DNA of 39,677 nucleotides, from the NCBI GenBank assembly GCA_049967655.1, contig JBMFSH010000025.1, forward strand, positions 1 to 39,677. Direction: 5' to 3'. Source of the stretch: Acidobacteriota bacterium. GTDB lineage: Bacteria; Acidobacteriota; UBA4820; DSQY01. The notes beneath the pieces are model-generated. The model had not been told where the DNA came from. It made no database searches and saw nothing but the letters and a program-made list of their open reading frames with translations. Positions 35,804 to 39,677 of this stretch are shown here, one piece after another. A program made the position numbers and the translations under genes. How positions within the stretch are numbered: the stretch's first letter is position 1; each line of letters begins with the position of its first letter.

Positions 35804-36139
35804 CTACCCCCTCGGCGTCTGTTTCTTTTCTTGCGGCTTTTTTTCCGGCCCGCCCGAGCCGGGCCTCTTGGGCAAGATGTCCTCCACCTGCTCGTAAGGC
35901 ATGGGGATCACGTGGACGGAGACCAGGTCGCCGATCCGGCGGGCCGCGGCGGCGCCGGCGTCGGTGGCGGCCTTCACGGCTCCCACATCGCCCCTCACCA
36001 TGACGGTCACGTAGGCGCTGCCGATGTACTCCTTCCCCACGAGGAGCACCCTTGCGGCCTTGACCATGGCGTCCGCCGCCTCGATGGCCGCCACCAGGCC
36101 GCGCGTCTCGATCATTCCCAGGGCTTCTTCGGTGACCAT
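35804..36139 (-). CDS. Bacterial microcompartment hexameric shell protein (BMC-H, EutM/PduA-like)
   Basis: [26 protein letters not shown]...[28 protein letters not shown]...VHVIP. Start ATG 36139. Confidence 0.93.
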   Translation of the reverse strand: MVTEEALGMIETRGLVAAIEAADAMVKAARVLLVGKEYIGSAYVTVMVRGDVGAVKAATDAGAAAARRIGDLVSVHVIPMPYEQVEDILPKRPGSGGPEKKPQEKKQTPRG

Positions 36140-36155
36140 AGGCACCCCGCAGTCT

Positions 36156-36191
36156 GGTGGAGGGTGGAGGGTGGAGAGTGGAGGGGGGAAG
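36156..36191. repeat. GGTGGAG heptamer tandem run in the BMC-H leader
   Basis: ggtggagggtggagggtggagagtggagggggga. Confidence 0.7.
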
Positions 36192-36292
36192 AGCCGGGCG
36201 ACTCCCGGCTGCACCCACGCCTCTCCGCTTCACCCATCCGGACCTTCCGGATGGCCACAGGGTAGAGGAGGCGCCGAGGCGAGTCAACGGGC

Positions 36293-36307
36293 GTTACCAG
36301 AAGTAAC
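36293..36307. promoter_or_regulatory. Palindrome GTTAC-N5-GTAAC, candidate activator/repressor site
   Basis: Inverted repeat about 65-80 bp upstream of the sigma54 -24 element, in the divergent BMC/pilin intergenic region. Confidence 0.35.
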
Positions 36308-36330
36308 AACTACTGGGGTGAGCCGGGCGG

Positions 36331-36339
36331 TGGTATACT
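36331..36339 (+). promoter_or_regulatory. Candidate extended -10 sigma70 element (TGgTATACT)
   Basis: TGn-TATACT upstream of the pilin cluster. Confidence 0.4.
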
Positions 36340-36369
36340 GCATCAGCGTGGAACCACGAGGCGAACAGC

Positions 36370-36386
36370 CTGGCAACCGGTTTGCT
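36370..36386 (+). promoter_or_regulatory. Sigma54 (-24/-12) promoter of minor pilin operon
   Basis: CTGGCAACCGGTTTGCT has exact GG-N10-GC spacing and matches TGGCA-N6-TTGC(T). AGGAGG follows, and ATG 36408 lies 21 nt downstream. Confidence 0.8.
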
Positions 36387-36407
36387 AGGAGGAGGGAGGG
36401 AGCGAGT

Positions 36408-37058
36408 ATGGCCGAGCCGACCGAGAAGAGAGCCGTCCCCCCAGGGGAAAGCGGCTTTTCGCTGATGGAGCTGATGATCGTCGTGGCGATCCTCGGCCTC
36501 ATCGCCGTCATCGCCACCGTGGCCGTGAGCAAGGAGCTCCAGCGCCAGCGGCTCAAGAGCGCGGCCCAGCAGCTCACGGGCTTCGTGGAGGGCGCCTTCG
36601 TCCAGGCCCAGAGCCGCAACCAGGGGGTCTTTCTGGTGGGGAGCGCCAACGCCGACGGCTCCTGCACCTTCAACCTCTTCGCCGACACCAACAACGGCGT
36701 CTGGAACGCCACGAAGGACACGACCCTTCTCGGCAGCCAGCTGATCCCCAACGACCTGGTCGTCCAGGGGCTCACGCCCGGCTCCTACTCCGCCTTCGGC
36801 CCCAATTTCGGCACCACCACGACCATCATCCCCTGGCCCTCCACGGGAAGCGGTTCCACAAAGACGCTCCTGCTCTATTGCGACACCATGGGGCGAGCCA
36901 TCGACCCCACTCTTGCCACGCCCGCCCAGATCTCCAAGCCGGCCGTCCTCTCCATCACCCATTCGGCCATGCTCAACGGTACGCTCAGCCCGCACTTCCG
37001 GTACGACATCACGGTCTATCCCATTTGGCACGCCGTCTCCACTCAGGTGAGGTACTGA
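36408..37058 (+). CDS. Type IV minor pilin, FimU/GspH-like
   Basis: Class III signal G|FSLMELMIVVAILG with E5. Confidence 0.85.
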   Translation: MAEPTEKRAVPPGESGFSLMELMIVVAILGLIAVIATVAVSKELQRQRLKSAAQQLTGFVEGAFVQAQSRNQGVFLVGSANADGSCTFNLFADTNNGVWNATKDTTLLGSQLIPNDLVVQGLTPGSYSAFGPNFGTTTTIIPWPSTGSGSTKTLLLYCDTMGRAIDPTLATPAQISKPAVLSITHSAMLNGTLSPHFRYDITVYPIWHAVSTQVRY

Positions 37059-37059
37059 C

Positions 37060-37605
37060 ATGGAGGATCGAAGCAAGAAGCGCGAGGGGGGAAGCAGCCT
37101 GCTCGAGGTCCTGATCGCCATGGCCGTCCTTCTGTTCCTGATGATCGGGGTCCTCTCCATGTTTTCCATGGCCTACTTGCAGAACCTCGGCTCGGCGGCC
37201 CGCACCGAGATGACCTACAAGGCCCAGCAGGTGGCCGACGTGATCCACCTCCTCAACTACATGCAGCGCACCCAGCAGGCTCTGCCGGCCTCCACCGAGA
37301 CGGGGCTGACCTTCCCCCTGGCCTCAGGGACCTCGGTGAACATCACCCAGCTTTCGGGATCGGCGCTGCAATACCCCTACTGGGGGCCGCCCAGCTCGAC
37401 CGTGCCCAGCGCCGCGGGGATCGTGGATCCCGCCAATCTCCGGTACACCATCCAGGTCAATGTCACCGGCCCCACCAACGGCCTCATGACCGTGACGATC
37501 TCGGTGATCCCCAATACCTCTTCGTCGAATCCCGCGGGTGGGCAGTACATAGGCAACAAGATCCGCTGGAAGGAGGTGGACTATGCCATCCAGCTCCCGG
37601 CCTGA
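37060..37605 (+). CDS. Type IV minor pilin, PilV-like
   Basis: KKREGG|SSLLEVLIAMAVLL prepilin motif; second gene in the cluster. Confidence 0.8.
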   Translation: MEDRSKKREGGSSLLEVLIAMAVLLFLMIGVLSMFSMAYLQNLGSAARTEMTYKAQQVADVIHLLNYMQRTQQALPASTETGLTFPLASGTSVNITQLSGSALQYPYWGPPSSTVPSAAGIVDPANLRYTIQVNVTGPTNGLMTVTISVIPNTSSSNPAGGQYIGNKIRWKEVDYAIQLPA

Positions 37606-38800
37606 CCGCCGGAGCCGAGGCTTCACCTTGGTGGAAGTCACCATCGCCATGTTCATCCTGGTGATCGTCCTCGTCCTCTCGGGCACCCTCCTCGTCTCCA
37701 TGCGCTCCTTCGCCCAGAAGCAGCAGGCCTTCGCCGAGCCCCGCCAGACGGCCCGCCGGGCCATCGACTACCTCGCCTACTACGTGCGCGGCGCCTCGGA
37801 CATGAACTTCGCCCAGTCCGCTACGCCAGTGCCCGACGCCATCGTGACCTGGTACCAGTTGGCCGGTACCTCCATTCAAGCCTCTTTTGATAACGTTTCG
37901 GCTGGTTCCAATTTGGCTCTTCCCGGAACCGACATCATCACGCTCGCCAAGCCCTCACCGGGCAGCTTCGGCGTGCAGATCAGCCAGTGGAGCGGCGGCA
38001 CGTCGACGGCAACAGCCGCTAATTTCTACGTGGACTATGCGCAAGGCTGCGCGCAGGGTGATAGCCAGAACATGCTCGATTTTCAACAACTCGTTGGCTA
38101 TAATCCCACCACCGGCACCAGCAACGTCTTTCTCATCCAGGATTACACGGGGCAATGGCAGTACTACCAGATCACCAATTTCCTTAAGAGTAATTGCGCC
38201 GATGCCAACTCTCCTCCGCAGATCATCCATGTGGGCGCCAACCCCGGGAAATCCTCCGAGATCGATCCCCCTGGAGGCTTCCATACCCTCCAGTGCGGGA
38301 GCAATGCTGCCCGGCCGTGCAATTTGGCCGCCGGCATGCAGTTCCTGACCTTTCGCGTGGCCAATGACGCCACCACGGGCATACCGCGGCTGGAGGAGTT
38401 CAACTCCTCCCGGCTCTTCAACTCCAATTCCGATTTCACGGGCGCCAGCGATCCCTTCACGCCCCTGCTCGACAACGTCGAAGACCTTCAGGTGGCCTAT
38501 ATTTTCAGTAACGGGGATATCTGGAACACCTCGCAGCAGACGCTCCCCGCTGGCACTTACCAGGGCAGCGTTCCCTCTCAGGCCTCCGCGAACCAGTACG
38601 ACGTGCAGAACGTGGTGGGGTTGCGCATCTCGGTGGTGGCCCGTTCGGCCAGCCTCATCCCCACCTTCCTCGGCGGTCCGGGGAGCAAGGTGCCCGCCGT
38701 GACGCCGCCCGAAAACTCCGCGGCCACCTACGCGGCGGGGTACTACCACTACCGCCTCACCGCCACGGTCATGATTCAGAACCGCATTCTGGGGAACTAG
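37583..38800 (+). CDS. Type IV minor pilin, PilW-like
   Basis: RSRG|FTLVEVTIAMFIL; C-terminal LLDNVEDLQVAY and VVGLRISVVARS typical of PilW; 4 Cys. Confidence 0.85.
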   Translation: MPSSSRPDRRSRGFTLVEVTIAMFILVIVLVLSGTLLVSMRSFAQKQQAFAEPRQTARRAIDYLAYYVRGASDMNFAQSATPVPDAIVTWYQLAGTSIQASFDNVSAGSNLALPGTDIITLAKPSPGSFGVQISQWSGGTSTATAANFYVDYAQGCAQGDSQNMLDFQQLVGYNPTTGTSNVFLIQDYTGQWQYYQITNFLKSNCADANSPPQIIHVGANPGKSSEIDPPGGFHTLQCGSNAARPCNLAAGMQFLTFRVANDATTGIPRLEEFNSSRLFNSNSDFTGASDPFTPLLDNVEDLQVAYIFSNGDIWNTSQQTLPAGTYQGSVPSQASANQYDVQNVVGLRISVVARSASLIPTFLGGPGSKVPAVTPPENSAATYAAGYYHYRLTATVMIQNRILGN

Positions 38801-38802
38801 CC

Positions 38803-39438
38803 ATGCGAGCTGCCAGAGAAAAGGGATCCGCGCTGATCATGGTCATCCTGGTGGTCCTGGTGCTGACCATGATCGGGCTGGCCGCCTCCCTCTACATGAC
38901 CATGGAGGACCGCGTCTCGCAGAACGACAAGCTCAGCCAGGCCGCCTTCCACGCGGCCCAGGCGGGGCTGAAGGCCGGGGAGCAGGTCTTCAACAGCGTC
39001 AACCAGAGCCAGCTCAACCAGATCTTGAACCCGCAAACCTTCAAGAATGGCGCGAGCGACGAACCGCAATCGCTCGCCGACCTCACGACGGCGGCCCACC
39101 TGGGGACGGTGCTCTACAGCTCGGGGGCGGTGGCCGGCGGGATACCGCTTCTGAACCAGCCGGTGGGCGGGGGCACGCTGGTGGGCAACCAGGAGCGGTA
39201 TAGCCTCTTCGTCCGGAACGACCCCAACGACTGGCTCTCTTCGGACGGCAACTACTACACGGACCACAACGGCATCGTGACCCTCGTGAGCAAGGGGATG
39301 GTTCTCGACGCCACCGGCGGGGTGGCGGCCGTCAAGATTCTTGCGGAGGAAGTCGTCTTCGGCTCCAACAGCACCCCCCTGACTCAGCTTCGGGGCGGTC
39401 CGAACGGTACCAGCAGCACACCGTACCAGGGTAACTAA
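38803..39438 (+). CDS. Type IV minor pilin, PilX-like
   Basis: REKG|SALIMVILVVLVLTMIGLA lacks E5, as is characteristic of PilX/GspK. AFHAAQAG motif. Confidence 0.83.
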   Translation: MRAAREKGSALIMVILVVLVLTMIGLAASLYMTMEDRVSQNDKLSQAAFHAAQAGLKAGEQVFNSVNQSQLNQILNPQTFKNGASDEPQSLADLTTAAHLGTVLYSSGAVAGGIPLLNQPVGGGTLVGNQERYSLFVRNDPNDWLSSDGNYYTDHNGIVTLVSKGMVLDATGGVAAVKILAEEVVFGSNSTPLTQLRGGPNGTSSTPYQGN

Positions 39439-39449
39439 AGGAGAAGGCC

Positions 39450-39677
39450 ATGAGCCATGACCACCCCAACCCCTTTCTGACAAAGGCCCTCGGGGCCCTC
39501 CTCCTCGCCGTGGCCCTCCTGGCCGGTCCCGCCCTGCGGGCACGCGCAAGAGGGGTGGGACCCCCTCAGGCAGGCCACGAGCCAGATCCTCCACCCCAAC
39601 ATCCTGATGGTCATGGACCGCAGCGGATCGCTCAGCTTTGCGACGGCGTTCAACTACAACTACGATAATTGGGGCTA
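39450..39677 (+). CDS. PilY1-like adhesin, 5' end (runs off window; apparent +1 frameshift near 39525-39546)
   Basis: AAGGAG RBS and a Sec signal peptide in the 39450 frame. The +1 frame from 39547 reads QEGWDPLRQATSQILHPNILMVMDRSGSLS, a vWA/MIDAS DxSxS start typical of PilY1. Position after pilX. Confidence 0.7.

Noticed and set aside
34082..36265. Long plus-strand ORF (727 aa) and similar long antisense ORFs (4607-6121, 17785-19272, 1142-2089)
   Set aside because: Shadow ORFs opposite well-supported genes, expected from high GC3; no motifs.
39457..39546. TGA read-through or selenocysteine at 39478 as an explanation for the pilY1 frame
   Set aside because: The read-through product (MTTPTPF*QRPSGPSSSPW...) has no signal peptide, whereas the other frame has a clear one. 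A frameshift is more parsimonious.

Overview
GC-rich bacterial chromosomal window. An Acidobacteriota-like origin is inferred from the BMC aldehyde dehydrogenase tail and overall gene style but is unverified. Most of it is housekeeping: a class IV aminotransferase-dsbD-ybhB operon, pta-ackA, aroF-cysS, a zinc-ribbon/FHA-mnmA-ccsA-hemA-hemC-hemD run, polA, a PduO-type adenosyltransferase, pbpG, thyX and pyk. The more notable elements are: (1) a c-di-AMP (ydaO-type) riboswitch with its own sigma70 promoter ahead of a KimA-like K+ transporter, followed by a K+-independent-type pyruvate kinase; (2) a minimal microcompartment module with one atypical BMC-H shell gene and an acylating aldehyde dehydrogenase with a C-terminal targeting-like extension, next to a ChoD-like GMC oxidoreductase; (3) a 1360-aa sigma54 activator with an apparently decayed kinase/STAND/TPR N-terminus, divergent from an EAL phosphodiesterase; (4) a sigma54-promoter-driven minor pilin cluster (fimU-pilV-pilW-pilX-pilY1-like) whose pilY1 is frameshifted after the signal peptide; (5) non-coding repeats, namely a ~560-bp MITE-like element and a ~112-bp element present three times, always 3' of minus-strand genes and in two copies wrapped in inverted short-unit repeats. 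No rRNA, tRNA, CRISPR array or transposase was seen. All calls come from reading motifs by eye; no database searches were run.
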